In this document: positions 11,590 to 24,341 of the stretch, in pieces
How the letters are laid out: each line of letters opens with the position of its first letter
How positions within the stretch are numbered: the stretch's first letter is position 1
Source of the DNA: Phoronis australis
Taxonomy: Eukaryota > Animalia > Phoronida
NCBI GenBank assembly: GCA_002633005.1
Contig: NMRA01000009.1
Location: 466,929-516,028 of the forward strand
DNA: 49,100 bases
Direction of reading: 5' to 3'
Translations under genes and position numbers: made by a program
The notes under the pieces: generated by a model
The model's database searches: none
What the model saw: the letters and a program-made list of their open reading frames with translations, nothing else
Told to the model about the DNA's origin: nothing

Positions 11590-11948
11590 GGTTTGTACAG
11601 AACTGACTACTGGTTTGTAAAGAACTGACTACTGGTATATAAAGAACTGACTACTGGTATTTAAAGAACTGATTACTGGTATGTAAAGAACTGACTACTG
11701 GTATATGAAGAACTGACTACTGGTATTTAAAGAACTGACTAGTGGTATGTAAAGAAATGACTAGTGGTATTTAAGGAACTGACAATTGATATTTAAAGAA
11801 CTGGCTACTGATATATAAAGAACTGACTAATGGTATTTAAAGAACTGACTACTGGTATGTAAAGAACTGACTAGTGGTATTTAAAGAACTGGCTACTGGT
11901 ATATAAAGAACTGATTACTGGTATGTAAAGAACTGACTACTGGTTTGT
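11590..11948. repeat. 22-bp minisatellite (AAAGAACTGACTACTGGTATTT)n
   Basis: About 16 tandem copies. Confidence 0.95.
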
Positions 11949-12099
11949 TATTCATGGACATCATGTACATTGCTTATAAAACACATGTAGAGCCTTGTCT
12001 CCACCAGTAATGTGATGTCAATTCTTTCTAAGCCTTGAAATCACCTTAAGTTTGACTGAGGAAGAATTTGATACTGATTGCAGACTTATCATTTCATCT

Positions 12100-12265
12100 T
12101 GATGCTCTCTAGAGAATGAGAGCGCGAATGTGACTTCTGTTTGATGCCGATGGTGTACAAAAATTTAGTTACTACATAGCGGTTCATTAATTTAAAAACA
12201 GAGGAATAAATTCCACTGTCGTGCCCTTCCAGTGTTTGAGTGGATTTAGTTCACTAATTCATTTT
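12100..12265 (+). repeat. Unclassified interspersed repeat fragment; second copy at ~24168-24345
   Basis: Shared TGATGCTCTCTAGA...AGTTACTACAT...TTCATTAATTTAAAAA...AGTTCACTAATT.ATTTT. Confidence 0.75.
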
Positions 12266-13378
12266 AGCTATTTGACATTGGCTGTGATCACAGTTCTCTC
12301 GCTTGATCAGTCGTAGCCACTGACTTTGTAGCTGCTGATTCTTATTCGCAGTAGGACTACGGAAAATGGTGTCCTTCATCCATGGAGATTTCAAGAGGTT
12401 TGCCTTTTCCTTGAGCCATTATTAGTACACCCCCTCCCCAAAGTAGTGGAAATTTGCCAGCATTATGATATCAGGAATGGTGTTTAAAATGCTGAAATTC
12501 TGTTTACACTAAAAGGTTGAAATTACAAGGAATCTGTAGGTTACGTTGAACTCTTGTCGATCAAGGACCTGATCGTCGTTTAGCAGGATGGTGAATTGTA
12601 ATATGGTGAGGTTTTTCACGAAACAATATTTGGTTTGTGTGATGGAAGGCAGGTTCATAGCATCTTTTACTTAAATGATTGCAAATTAAAAAAGATATCT
12701 GATGATCGTAGTTTTGAGTATTATATCAACTGATGGTTCTGCCACTCCAGTCATTCCAGCCAATATGTTGAACGGTAAAAGAGATTTTGCACATCTTCAA
12801 ATAGAAATAACTTTCAGTAAAATTAAGGTGTAGTGTATTTGAGGGAAAGATCAAAGTATTATTGGCTAGTAACCTTGCATTTTATTTCACTGACTTTTTT
12901 ATGAGGGAATGTGTCATGTTACTATCTAAGCTTGTTTTCCCTTATTTACAATCTGTTGTTACATGCCCTGCTATCTGTTGCTCACTTTGTGATCATGTTC
13001 GTAGTGATAACGGTTCACTTAGTTGGATCAATATTGATTTTGTGTGGCTGTATTTTTGTTATCAATTTAAATCTGACTTCCATATATTGGTCTCTGTTGA
13101 ATCTGAGCATTCTTGAAAGCAGGCATAATGATTTCTTATGATTTACTACATTTTATAACTTTTATTCATTTTACATTTAAAAAATGCTGGAATCTAATTG
13201 TGCTTGAAATCATCAATGACAGTTTGTTATGGTTTACATACTACGTTGTATAACCTTTATACCATTTGATATTTGAAGAATTTCAGTTTTGAATAGTAAA
13301 GCCCTCTTTAGTAAACTAAAAATTCAGTTTACAGTAAAAATGTCTTTTGACAATTTGGTTGCATTGATACCTTATTTT

Positions 13379-13700
13379 CTTTATCTACTGTATGTTGCTA
13401 ACTGTCAATCATCAATCTTTGTCTACTGTGTGTTTCTAACTCTCAATCATCAATCTTTATCTACTGTGTGTTTCTAACTCTCAATCATCAATCTTTATCT
13501 ACTGTGTGTTTCTAATTCTCAATCATCAATCTTTATCTACTGTGTGTTTCCAACTCTCAATCATCAATATTTATCTACTGTGTGTTTCTAACTCTCAATC
13601 ATCAATATTTATCTACTGTGTGTTTCTAACTCTCAATCATCAATCTTTATCTACTGTGTGTTTCTAACTCTCAATCATCAATCGTTATCTACTGTATGTT
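13379..13700. repeat. 38-bp minisatellite (TTTATCTACTGTGTGTTTCTAACTCTCAATCATCAATC)n; the last unit is completed at 15061-15085
   Basis: About 8.5 tandem copies, with the last interrupted by a transposon. Confidence 0.95.
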
Positions 13701-15060
13701 CACGGGTGAGAAACAACATGACCGCGGGTCGTCTAAATCGGACCGACTCACCCAAAACAAGACTGACACACCTAAAAACATGACCGACCCACCACAAAAC
13801 AGGACCGCCAGCGACTGAGTAGTTAAGGCCTTTGTGTGATACTGCGGGTTATGACGTAACCGGTCAGATAGCTGTGTAAAGACTATCGCCAAAATAAAGC
13901 TTGACAGCTTAGCATTATAGAGCTCCATTACATCCCCGAAATTTCCGACTGTCCAGGTAGTTCTGCTAGTTACCTCGTCGTGAAACTTACATCAACATCT
14001 GGTAGAGCGCGCGACTGGCGCAGGCACATGCATAATCTAGGCGTCAACCAACACTCACCTTTCAGGTTGCAACCGCTTGAGTGAAAAACAATCTATGAAC
14101 TATTGTAACAACAAGTCTGTCGCACTCGTGACATGTGCACGCGCCATTTCCTCAGAAAATTTTTGCAACATCTTTTGGAAGATGATGACAACTTCGCAGC
14201 AACAAGATTTGTTCTGAAAACTTTTAACGAAATGAAACCAGTTTCGATAATTTGTTGTGCCAGGTACACAACTTTGTAGAAAAACAGTTGACTGAAGAAT
14301 TGGGGGGGAAAAGGAACCGGCCAATGTAAGCCGACTTAAGAGAACGCAGAATAATGACAGAACGACAATTTTTCTCGAGCGCCGATGAAATAATTTAGTT
14401 TACTCAAGGAAGAGTGTCGTTAATAACACAAATTCGCTGAGTGAAGATTTTACATGTTCATTTTTTACCCACATTTGCGCAAAGCTGTATATTAAGTATA
14501 CAGCTTTGCCGCACAAAGGCAGCTAGTATGATGATGCTTCACCCGAGAACCAGAACGCCCGTTTTTTTACTTGACTAAAACGTCAAATTGGAGAAAATGA
14601 TTTTCATTTTGTTCTAAAACTAACGCAGTGGATAAATTTATAATTATTTAGCTCAATAGTGTACAACGTGGTTGTTTTGTGTTAGATTTATTAAATGTTG
14701 ACCTTTCAACTGTTTATAAGTCACATACTGCAACCGGGAGCCTGGTGATGAGTAAAACTCAAAAGCGCCGCGTTTTACAAAGCGAAGTGTCCTCTGTTGC
14801 GCACAAAAGATTTCGGTGGATTTATCGGCACAAGACCTGCATATTCCTATGTATATAGCCCCATTGTATGATCTGTGTAGGCCAAACGGTAATAAATCTT
14901 AGCCTGTTAGTCATTGCGGTTTTAGTCCCCGGCGGTCCTGTTTTGTGGTGGGGCGGTCATGTTTTTAGGTGCGTCAGTCCCATTTTCTGGTGCGGCGGTC
15001 CCATTTAATCCCCGGAGATCCTGTTTAGAGGACCGGCAGTCATGTTGTTTCTCACCCGTG
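13701..15060. mobile_element. Non-autonomous DNA transposon with CAC...GTG ends and 5-bp TSD (Transib-like / CMC group)
   Basis: Perfect 22-bp TIR CACGGGTGAGAAACAACATGAC, TSD ATGTT, and subterminal AAAACA(G/T)GACCG repeats at both ends. Confidence 0.85.
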
Positions 15061-15874
15061 ATGTTGCTAACTCTCTATCATCAATTGTCAAACCAGGTCA
15101 CAAGCTACAGCTAAAATTCTTCTATTTGCCACAATTTGTAAAATTGGAACACCGAAATTAAAATCAAAATTGAATTTTCTTGATTCTCAATATACGTTTC
15201 TCAAATTTCAGACAGTACATTTTGTGTCAACAGGGACTTGGTAATTCATACAGTTGTTGGAAATACCATCTGATGTAAGATTTGCATGCTTACCCATTGT
15301 GTATTGTATTCTTGAATTTGAGAAACTAATATTTCCCATTTCTAAAATTTAGTAATAGCTCTAACCTTGAGCAAGCTGATTAAATTTCACTGTCCCACAC
15401 TAGAGAATTTTTACTGTTAATACAGTTGTGACTGACCTTCAAATAGATGAGCCAAGTAATACAGTAAATTGTTTTTTTAACTCCTGTTTATGTTTCTATT
15501 GCCTGTCGGGCTATCACCTGTACTGGTCACATGTATATTGCTCAATGATTTATCATTATCATTACTGATTTAGAAATCTGTAGTTCACTTGTTGCTGTGT
15601 TTGTGAACCCAAATAACCATTCAGTATGAACAGGACGTCATTCATAAGTAAGTTGTTTGTCTGTTTGGTCACACCTTTCATTAAGTTTTCTGGGCAGATT
15701 GAAAATGTGTTTAAATCTTGATGTAGAGCACCTGTGGCGTGTAGGCTGTTACATTATGAACCAGAATTAATGATCAGTGGATTATTTTTCTGTGTTTAAT
15801 TTAATTACAATGAGAAGTGCCTCAGGCATGTCATTAAATGGTAAATGTTTGTGTTTGAATTGTCCTCTACAGTA

Positions 15875-17628
15875 CCGTAATCGTTCGGGTTAACGCCCTG
15901 GGCGGTTAAATTGGCGAATCCAAAAAATCGGGGGAGAGCGGCTAACTGAGCAGTGGGCGGTTAAATCGAAAATCTACCTAAAGTAGGGGATGGGCGGTTA
16001 ACCGAACATGGGCGCTTATTACGACAGACAACCGCCCTGGGCGGTTAATCTTACCTGGCGATCTAAATCCCGACACGACAATCATACTCGGAACGTGTAG
16101 CCCTTTTCAAAGAGCTTTATCGTCACGTCGCCAAATGACTGTGAAAACGTCATAACAGCGGATGATCCCAACAAAGGTTCTCTTGCCCTCAGATTAGTCA
16201 TTCACTAGTAAATTTACAAAATTGCTAAGTAATAGCCCCGTGCCGATGGTCATTGCCTACGTTCCGTCCTGCAGTGCGCAGACGACCAGTCACCACGCAG
16301 CCTCCACTAAATTAAAACTGTTTCAAGATGTGACCCTGCTTAAGTGCGCGCGTGCAAGCTTCACGTGTTGCAGAGGTCAGACATCAAATTTATGGTTACA
16401 GTCTCGTACTATATGTAGCTGTCAAGTTCTGAGTCAGAGAGCAGTTTTAAAATTGGTTGTAATAAAAGTTTGAAAAACTTAACTCTGCTGTTTTTTTGTG
16501 TTTGGGATGTTATAGTCGACACTCCGTGACTCAATGACATTTTCAGCGTATGGTTCTGTGGCTAGCTGTCTTATCTCGACAGCCCGGCATTGCTCTCTTG
16601 CCGTTGCGCCAAACATGCTATGCAAAGAAGTAAGACAAGGATTGGGGGTGGTCGAGCCAGACGTCGATCAAGAATAAAAGTTCAAGCAACTGCATCAATA
16701 TGTTACAAAATGTCAGAAAACAGCAATGTTTCAATTCATTATTCTAAACGATCACCTTACCAAACTTNNNNNNNNNNNNNNNNNNNNNNNNNNNNNNNNN
16801 NNNNNNNNNNNNNNNNNNNNNNNNNNNNNNNNNNNNNNNNNNNNNNNNNNNNNNNNNNNNNNNNNNNNNNNNNNNNNNNNNNNNNNNNNNNNNNNNNNNN
16901 NNNNNNNNNNNNNNNNNNNNNNNNNNNNNNNNNNNNNNNNNNNNNNNNNNNNNNNNNNNNNNNNNNNNNNNNNNNNNNNNNNNNNNNNNNNNNNNNNNNN
17001 NNNNNNNNNNNNNNNNNNNNNNNNNNNNNNNNNNNNNNNNNNNNNNNNNNNNNNNNNNNNNNNNNNNNNNNNNNNNNNNNNNNNNNNNNNNNNNNNNNNN
17101 NNNNNNNNNNNNNNNNNNNNNNNNNNNNNNNNNNTTTTTTCGAATATATGTTTTTTCTAGTGCACTGCATACGGAAACTCAGTGCGGCAGACAAAGTCGC
17201 TGAAAGCGGAGGTTTTGACCCCGGCGGCGTTCTTAAACTTTGCAAACAAGGGAAGAAATAAAGTGACAAAAAGGTTCGAGTATTATGTTTTGAAGTGAGT
17301 TCATGACCCAAGACAATAACTCGTTACCTGTATTGTAATTCAGATTGCTAAACCACCGTCTCGGAGTCCCGGCGTCGTTGCACTCATTGCAATCATCGAT
17401 CTTTTTCTAAAAGTCGGGGAATCGCGCGTTTCCTTAGCACTAGGCGCTAAATCTTCATTCTTTAAAAGTCGGGGATGGGCGCTTAACCGAGAGGTGGGCG
17501 CTTAACTGGAAATCTTCAAAAATCGCAGGGGGGCGCTTAACCGAGCAGTGGGCGGTTAAATCGAAAATCCACTTAAAGTCGGGGATGGGCGGTTAACTGA
17601 GCATGGGCGTTAACCCGAACGATTACGG
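15875..17628. mobile_element. Tc2/pogo-like element, family A, copy 2 (contains a gap)
   Basis: Same 24-bp TIRs and TA TSD as 2522-4928, with colinear internal sequence. Confidence 0.9.
16768..17134. other. Assembly gap
   Basis: N-run. Confidence 1.
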
Positions 17629-17712
17629 TAATTTCAACTCATGACAACAAAAATGTTTACAAAATATTCAAAGCTGCTATAAAGTTACACTCTGTTCAAG
17701 GACTTTTGAATT

Positions 17713-17955
17713 AGAACATTTACTGGTATAAAATGTGTGTGGACTTGTTGCTTAAGTCATATGAGAAGTGATCAGAACATTTACTGGTATAAAATGTGTG
17801 TGGACTTGTTGCTTAAGTCATATGAGAAGTGATCAGAACATTTACTGGTATAAAATGTGTGTGGACTTGTTGCTTATGTCATATGTGTGTGGACTTGTTG
17901 CTTATGTCATATGTGTGTGGACTTGTTGCTTATGTCATGTGTGTGGACTTGTTGC
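17713..17955. repeat. 61-bp tandem repeat grading into a ~28-bp subunit (GTGTGGACTTGTTGCTTATGTCATATGT)
   Basis: Direct tandem copies. Confidence 0.9.
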
Positions 17956-17959
17956 TTAA

Positions 17960-19300
17960 AGGCGAAGGCAACCTTTTTTCATGTCATTTTTAGCAAAAAT
18001 AAGGTTTGTTGATTATCCCAGACACGTTTTTCACTTAATTACAGCTTTTCGTAATTTGATTAATTTCTCGTCCTCTACTCCGGAAGTGACGTTTTGGGAG
18101 GCAAGAGTTTCGCGCCAATTTCTTTTCATTATAGTCTGACTGTGAGAGCTGTCTAGTCAGTCATTGTTGTACCTCAGTTGTGATAAGTTCGATCGTCGTT
18201 TGCTTTTGTTTACAAGTCAGTCGACATGCCATGCTGTTGCTGTGTGCCGGGATGTACTCATTGTCGTCTCACACACGCTTTGCCTGGGTACCTTGCGTCG
18301 CTTTCCGAAGGGTAACGCATTTCGCCGTACTTGGCTAGCTCGTTCATGTGAGGAACGCAGCGCTATCCGTCCACGCAACATACAAAGCAGTGGAGGGTTA
18401 CCGAGTGTGTGGCAAGCATTTTCTGCCGTCCTAGATTACGACAGAGATATGTACGCTGAATTGATGAAAGTCCTTGCGAAACAACGCCTGAAAAAGGGTA
18501 CCATACCGTCGCTGTTGCTTCCCGGCAGTGCTCCATCGCCAACCCCGACAAGTGCGTTTTTGAAGCGAGAAGCCTCGCGAGCTGTGGCCACTATATACAG
18601 TGACTGGAGGCAAGTCTTCATCTACTGTCACCCGTGCCTCTGAATGTACCCCATTGCGTGCAATTCCAGAAACTAGCAGTGATTCGCCCTGTGCTGTTGT
18701 CTCTAGCCCAGAGCCTGTAAGTAGCCCTGCAGCGATGTTGAGTAGTGAGAGTGAATACAGGCCCACTTGACACCCAGTGAAGAGGACAGTTCGTCATCCA
18801 TTGAACAGATTGGTGAGCCTAAGTTTGATAAGTTTATTGTGGACTTGTATTGGAGCTAGTTAGAAAGTGCCAGGTGTGTGCCGAGGGGGTCACACGGCAG
18901 GATGTAAGCAGTTTGGGTGCTCAGATCACCCTTCAGTGGGAGTGAGTCGCGGGACACTCGGGCAAGTGGGACAGTTCTTCCTCTGTACCTGAGACGATAA
19001 TGAGTACACCCCAGTACGCAGCAACAGCATGGTATGTTGACTGACTTGTAAGCAAAAGCAAACGACGACCGTACTTATCACAACCGAGATAGAACAATGA
19101 CTGACTCGACTGCTCTCATAGTCGGACTATATGAAAAGAAATTGGCGCGAAATTCTTGCCTCACAAAACGTCACTACCCGAGTAGAGGACGAATAATAAA
19201 TTAAATTACGAAAAGCTGTAATTAAGTGAAAAATATGTCTAGGATAATCAACAGACCTTGTTTTTGCTAAAAGTGACATGAAAAAAGGTTGCCTTCTCCT
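17960..19300 (+). mobile_element. Kolobok-like non-autonomous transposon, copy 1, with THAP remnant
   Basis: TTAA|AGGCGAAGGCAACC ... GGTTGCCTTCTCCT|TTAA with ~310-bp imperfect TIRs. Frameshifted THAP domain from ATG 18226 (MPCCCCVPGC...FPK...W...RVCGKHF...LKKGTIPS). RR termini, TTAA and THAP fit Kolobok. Confidence 0.8.
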
Positions 19301-19476
19301 TTAAGCTCTGAGCATGAATAACAAAAAAGGCAATTTAAGCACTGTGCATATCTCAGTGAATAACAAACTGTCACTTCTTTACAAACCCAGAAATCACTTC
19401 TCCTCATATGACTTAAACAACAAGTCCACACACATATGACATAAGCAACAAGTCCACACTCGTACGACATAATGTG

Positions 19477-20683
19477 TCGTCCTCTACTCCGGAAGTGATG
19501 TTTTGGGAGGCAAGAATTTCGCGCCAATTTCTTTTCATACAGTCTGACTGTGAGAGCAGTCGAGTCAGTCATTGTTCTACCTCTGTTGTGATAAGTTCGG
19601 TCGTCGTTTGCTTTTTTTACGATTCAGTCAACATGCCACACTGTTGCTGCATACCAGGATGTACTCATTATCGTCTCACACGCGCTTTGGGTACCTTGCA
19701 TCGCTTTCCGAAGGATGACGCACTCCTCCGTACTTGGCTAGCTCGCCCGTGTAAAGAATGCAGTGCTACCCGTTCACACAACGTACAAAGCAGTGGCAAG
19801 CATTTTCAGCCGTCAGATTACGACAGAAATATGTGCGCTGAATTGATGAAGGTCCCTGCGAAACAACGTCTGAAGAAGGGATCCATACCGTCGTTGTTGA
19901 TTCCTGGCAGTGCCTCGTCACCACCCCTGAGAAATGTGGTTTTTTGAAGTGAGAAGCCTTGCAAGATGTGGCCACTAAATACAGTGACTGGAGGCACTTC
20001 ATCTACTGTCATGCCTCCGAACGTACCCCCATAGCGTGCAATTCCAGGAACTAGTAGTGATTCCCCGTGTGCTGTTGTCTCTAGCCCAGAACCTGTAAAT
20101 AGCCCTGCAGCGATGTTGAGTAGTGGGAGTGAATACAGGCCCAGTTTGACACCCAGTGAAAATGACAGTTCGTCATCCAATGAACTGATCGGTGAGTCTA
20201 AGTTTGATAAGTTTATTGTGGACTTGTATTGAAGGTATTTAGAAGGTGCCACGTGTGTGACGTGGGAGTCGCACGGCGGGATGTAAGCAGTTTGGGTGCT
20301 CAAGTCACCCACCATCCACTGAGAGTGTGTCGCGGGACACTCGGGCAAGAAGGACAGTTCTTCCTCTGTACGGGAGACGATAATGAGTACATCTCGGTAG
20401 GCAGCAACAGCGTGGCTTGTTGACTGACTCGTAAACAAAAGCAAACGACGACCAAAGTTATCACAACCGAGATAGAACAATGACTAACTCGACTGCTCTC
20501 ACAGTCAGACTGTATGAAAAGAAATTGGCGCGAAATTCTTGCCTCCCAAAACGTCACTTCCGGAGTAGACGACGAGTAATTAATAAAATTATGAAAAGCT
20601 GTAAATAAGTGAAAAATTTATCTGGGATAATCAACGAACCCTATTTTTGCTAAAAATGACATGAAAAAAGGTTGCCTTCGCCT
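19477..20683 (+). mobile_element. Kolobok-like element, copy 2 (about 110 bp of the left end missing)
   Basis: Colinear with copy 1 and ends GGTTGCCTTCGCCT|TTAA. Confidence 0.8.
19633..19947 (+). pseudogene. THAP domain remnant in Kolobok-like copy 2
   Basis: MPHCCCIPGCTHYRLTRALGTLHRFPKDDALLRTWLAR...GKHFQPSDY...RLKKGSIPSLLIP. The third Cys is lost by a short deletion relative to copy 1. Confidence 0.85.
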
Positions 20684-20689
20684 TTAAAT

Positions 20690-20821
20690 TACATATTTGT
20701 TATTCATTGTGTTATGCTCAGTGCTTTAAACGACATGTTTGTTATTCATTGAGATATATGCTCAGTGCTTAAAATGACATGTTTGTTATTCATTGAGATA
20801 TGCTCAGTGCTTAAAATGACA
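20690..20821. repeat. ~42-bp tandem repeat (GTTTGTTATTCATTGAGATATGCTCAGTGCTTAAAATGACAT) x3
   Basis: Direct tandem copies. Reverse-complement units occur at 19305-19366. Confidence 0.85.
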
Positions 20822-22494
20822 GGGTGTATCAAGTCAACTTGTATCTACCTTAATCTTTGTCTCTAGCAATAACTAACTCTCAGTTCTTTTGAAGACCCAT
20901 TTCATAGCTGTACAGTTGAACTGCAATCTTAAGCTGTTGTATTGGAAGGCAGGTTTATAGTTGTTTTACAAACAAAGCCAGGGTAAAGATTCACCTAAAC
21001 CAGGATCTAAAATGGAAATTCAGAATGTATGACCATGTTCTTTATTTGAATTAAGCTCATGCAAATGTTTTAGGAGCTGAAATGATCCATCATGAGGAGT
21101 GGAATGAAAAAATTCAACTGTATGAATCAGTCATAGTGCTATAGTGGGCATACATTACTTGAAATGAGTGTTAAAAAGTGAAACTGTGGAATTGGTTAGG
21201 TGAACACAGTCATTAACTGGAACAAGCAGGGTATTTTTAATTTTTTTAAAATTGAGGTTTTCATATTAAATTTCTTTGTTTGTCTCTTGTCCTCTTTTCA
21301 AAATATGAAAGAAAGACTCAGTTGCTTTCAGCCTTTGATTCTATTTGAGCTGCTGATAAGTTGTTTTTTCAGAATTGTCTCATACTCAGTTATATGTCAC
21401 TGGCTTATTTCTAATGTCAGAATTGTTATGGGTCCTAAAGTGGAAAATGTAAGATACAAATTACTTGTGTGAGAGACTGGCCCTGACTGTTTTCGTGTGG
21501 ATAAATAAAATTTGTGTGCTTTAATTCTCAGTTTTGAGCCAGATAATCACTCAGAGTATATCATAGCAAACTATGTGATCTGATTGGGCTCCCCATTCTG
21601 AAAGTGTTTCTGTGTGTACTGTACTTGTGGGGTCCTAGAAATGTCACACAAGTATCACTTTCAAGTTATGCACCCAGGAGCATACTGTCAGGAGTGTCCT
21701 GATTTGGAAAATTATTTTAACAACTTAAATAAGTGGCGAGATGGTCCAGTGAACTGCATAGCAGTGGGAACATTTGATTTGACGTAATTACGATAGTCAA
21801 TATAAATTATGTTGTGGTATCAAAAACAACTTTCTTCAAAACCTGTTAAAATTGTTTGCAATATCACTTGGACATTCAGTCAAACTTCTTCGGATGGCAA
21901 TGTCATTGCAATCTTAACCTTTGTTTGAATTGAAATTGGTTTCGATAAATCACCTGGATTTACCCTGGTGGCCATATTGTCCTGGTGGTCATATTGCATT
22001 GGTGACACAAACTTAGCCAGCCATGAAATGTAAACCTATGTAGTCTGAAGTGTTTACTAATAACCTGTCAGTTATTCTAATTATTACTAGTAACCTGTCA
22101 GTTACTCTCAAGTCTAAAAATCATTTCTAATCTGAATAACAAATAAGATTACACTGATTTTATGGTCAGTGTACTAAGTCTTAATTTTGGTCGACAGATG
22201 ACATGGGTTTATTGGCCCCTACTATGAATATTTTTTTACACTTTGTGTGTTTTATCATTACACATTGTGTTGGTTTGTCATGTGTCACTGAACCATTTAT
22301 ACAAATTGTCAGCCAGCAACACAAGGTCAACCTGCAGTCTACTTGAACTTCTTTACCCTAACTGGACATTGGAAGCTAAACTAAATGTAAACATCCTCAG
22401 CTGTGCTGACTCAAGCTATTGATTTCCCTTGTGCTCTATCAGCCCACTGTTATTATCTGCCCCTGAACACTGCTCTAAGCCACCATATTCAAAC

Positions 22495-22567
22495 ATGGTG
22501 GATGTAGGCCAGCCGACTGACACTTACTCCTCAGTATTTGAGGAAGTGGCAGTTGTCACTCCCACTG
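22495..22567 (+). CDS. TPD52: TPD52-family gene, candidate alternative first coding exon B (MVDVGQPTDTYSSVFEEVAVVTPT)
   Basis: ATG in AAACATGG context and an open frame ending ACT G|GTATGT, a strong phase-1 donor compatible with exon 31538. Confidence 0.5.
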
Positions 22568-24341
22568 GTATGTCCTTTACTCCTATCCTGTCATGTAACT
22601 GCCTTTGTTGTTTTAACTGTTTGACTTCATATGTATTAGAGTTTCTTGATGGTTTGTAATTCAAGTGTTTGATGCCCAGGTGTCTGTTTTGAGTCTCATA
22701 ATTCTCTCCTGTGTGACTCGGCTGTTGAGATGTTGCTATTGCCTGTACTGTTGCAATGCCTCTCTTTATAAATTAAGAGTATAAAAACTCGGTCATTGTC
22801 GTCATAGATACTGTATGAAAGTGCCATGTTCTTGTGTGCAGGTCATGTAAATGTGTTGGAATCTATTCCACTCTTATCATACTAAAATTGATCATTTTTT
22901 GCATGTGCCTAAAAATACTGTTATGACTCAACTGCAGGGAGTCTGTGAAGAAAGAGGTACATTGATAAAGTACCATCAGATGTAGTGTGTGTGTGGCAAA
23001 GTTTGTTCATGGTCTGTAAGTAGCGGTCCTACTGTAAGTGCATGCATACGTAGCCATTACTGTGATTGTTGTAACATCTACAGTACAATGCCTTGCACCT
23101 CCATCTACAGTACCATCCCTTGAACCTCCGTCTAACATGCTATAATTAGCATGCAATTATCCTTTAGTTGGAAACATTTTAAACTATTTAAGCGTACCAG
23201 AGGTGGCTCAACTTTAAAGCTATTTAAAAACTTGGAAATCTGACTTACCTTTTGCTGTAAAGTAAAAACGTAGTACCATGTTGTACTTATAAATTTTCTT
23301 TTACTAGGTTCAAATGAGTGACAAAACGTTTGTTATAAGCCATACAGTTTAAAGCACAAATTGATGTCCAAGCACAGTTATATAATTTGCAATCAATTGA
23401 TTGCTACGGCGATAAAGGTTTGACCAGTGGCCTCTATTTCCTTGGGTATTTGTGCATGTCCAGCATGTAAGCACTGAAAGTGCTGAGTGATTGACATGTA
23501 CGTGCTCTGAGTACCTCTGGACAGGGGCTACTCTCCATTAAGAAATAGCTAAAAATGAATATTTTTATCCATCACTCTGGGGCATGGCAAGGGTGGCACC
23601 AATCACAGTTTTGGAAGGAAAATGTTTTTAGCTGGAACTGGACTCCCTGGGCACCCCTAAATTCGTCTAAACGTGCAGAAGTTTATCAATACTTCCAATA
23701 CTTGAAGAGCTGCTAAATGATAAAGGTTGTTCATGTTATTGGGAAATCTATTCTTTCAAGGTAAAGCTTTGTGCGCAGGGCCATAGTGCATATCTCCCAT
23801 GATCCCAACTGTATGTAATATCACACATGAGGGTCTAAAGAGGAAATACATACCATAATCATAGGATGTGCCAATGCTCTCAGAATGGACTGAATATCAT
23901 TTTCATTGCCAATGTGAATTGTTAAAGAAATGTGTTGTTCATACTCTGGAAAGTAATTAGAAAATCGGTATTTTTGCTTTCGGTTTTTAGCTGCTAGTGT
24001 TAAATGTACCCATACTTGGTACTAAGTACTCCAGACTGTCTTTGTTCCAGATGTTGGAACCTATTAGTACTAGATGTGTTGGAGACTAAAATTGTCAATG
24101 GTTAAAGTTGAAACAGAAACTTCTAGCTCCACATTGGCTTGCATTTGACAACTGTGGACTTTTTATATTGATGCTCTCTAGAATAATGAGAGTGTGAAAG
24201 TGACTTCCATTTGAAACAAGAACAGACATGTTGACGCACCAAAATTCAGTTACTACATTGCGATTCATTAATTTAAAAAACAGGAATAAGTCCCACTGTC
24301 ATCCCATCCCATCGCTCGATTAGGTTAAGTTCACTAATTTA

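Noticed and set aside
11590-11948. Regular 22-38-bp arrays resembling CRISPR repeats (also 13379, 29979, 40672, 41520)
   Set aside because: Units are head-to-tail with no unique spacers, there are no cas genes, and the context is eukaryotic.
13701-13745. RSS-like 12/23 heptamer-nonamer signals at the CAC element ends
   Set aside because: The heptamer is CACGGGT and no ACAAAAACC nonamer occurs at 12 or 23 spacing, so it cannot be called ProtoRAG.
19818-20480. 220-aa - strand ORF
   Set aside because: It is antisense to the THAP remnant inside the Kolobok-like copy and is not intact in the sister copy.
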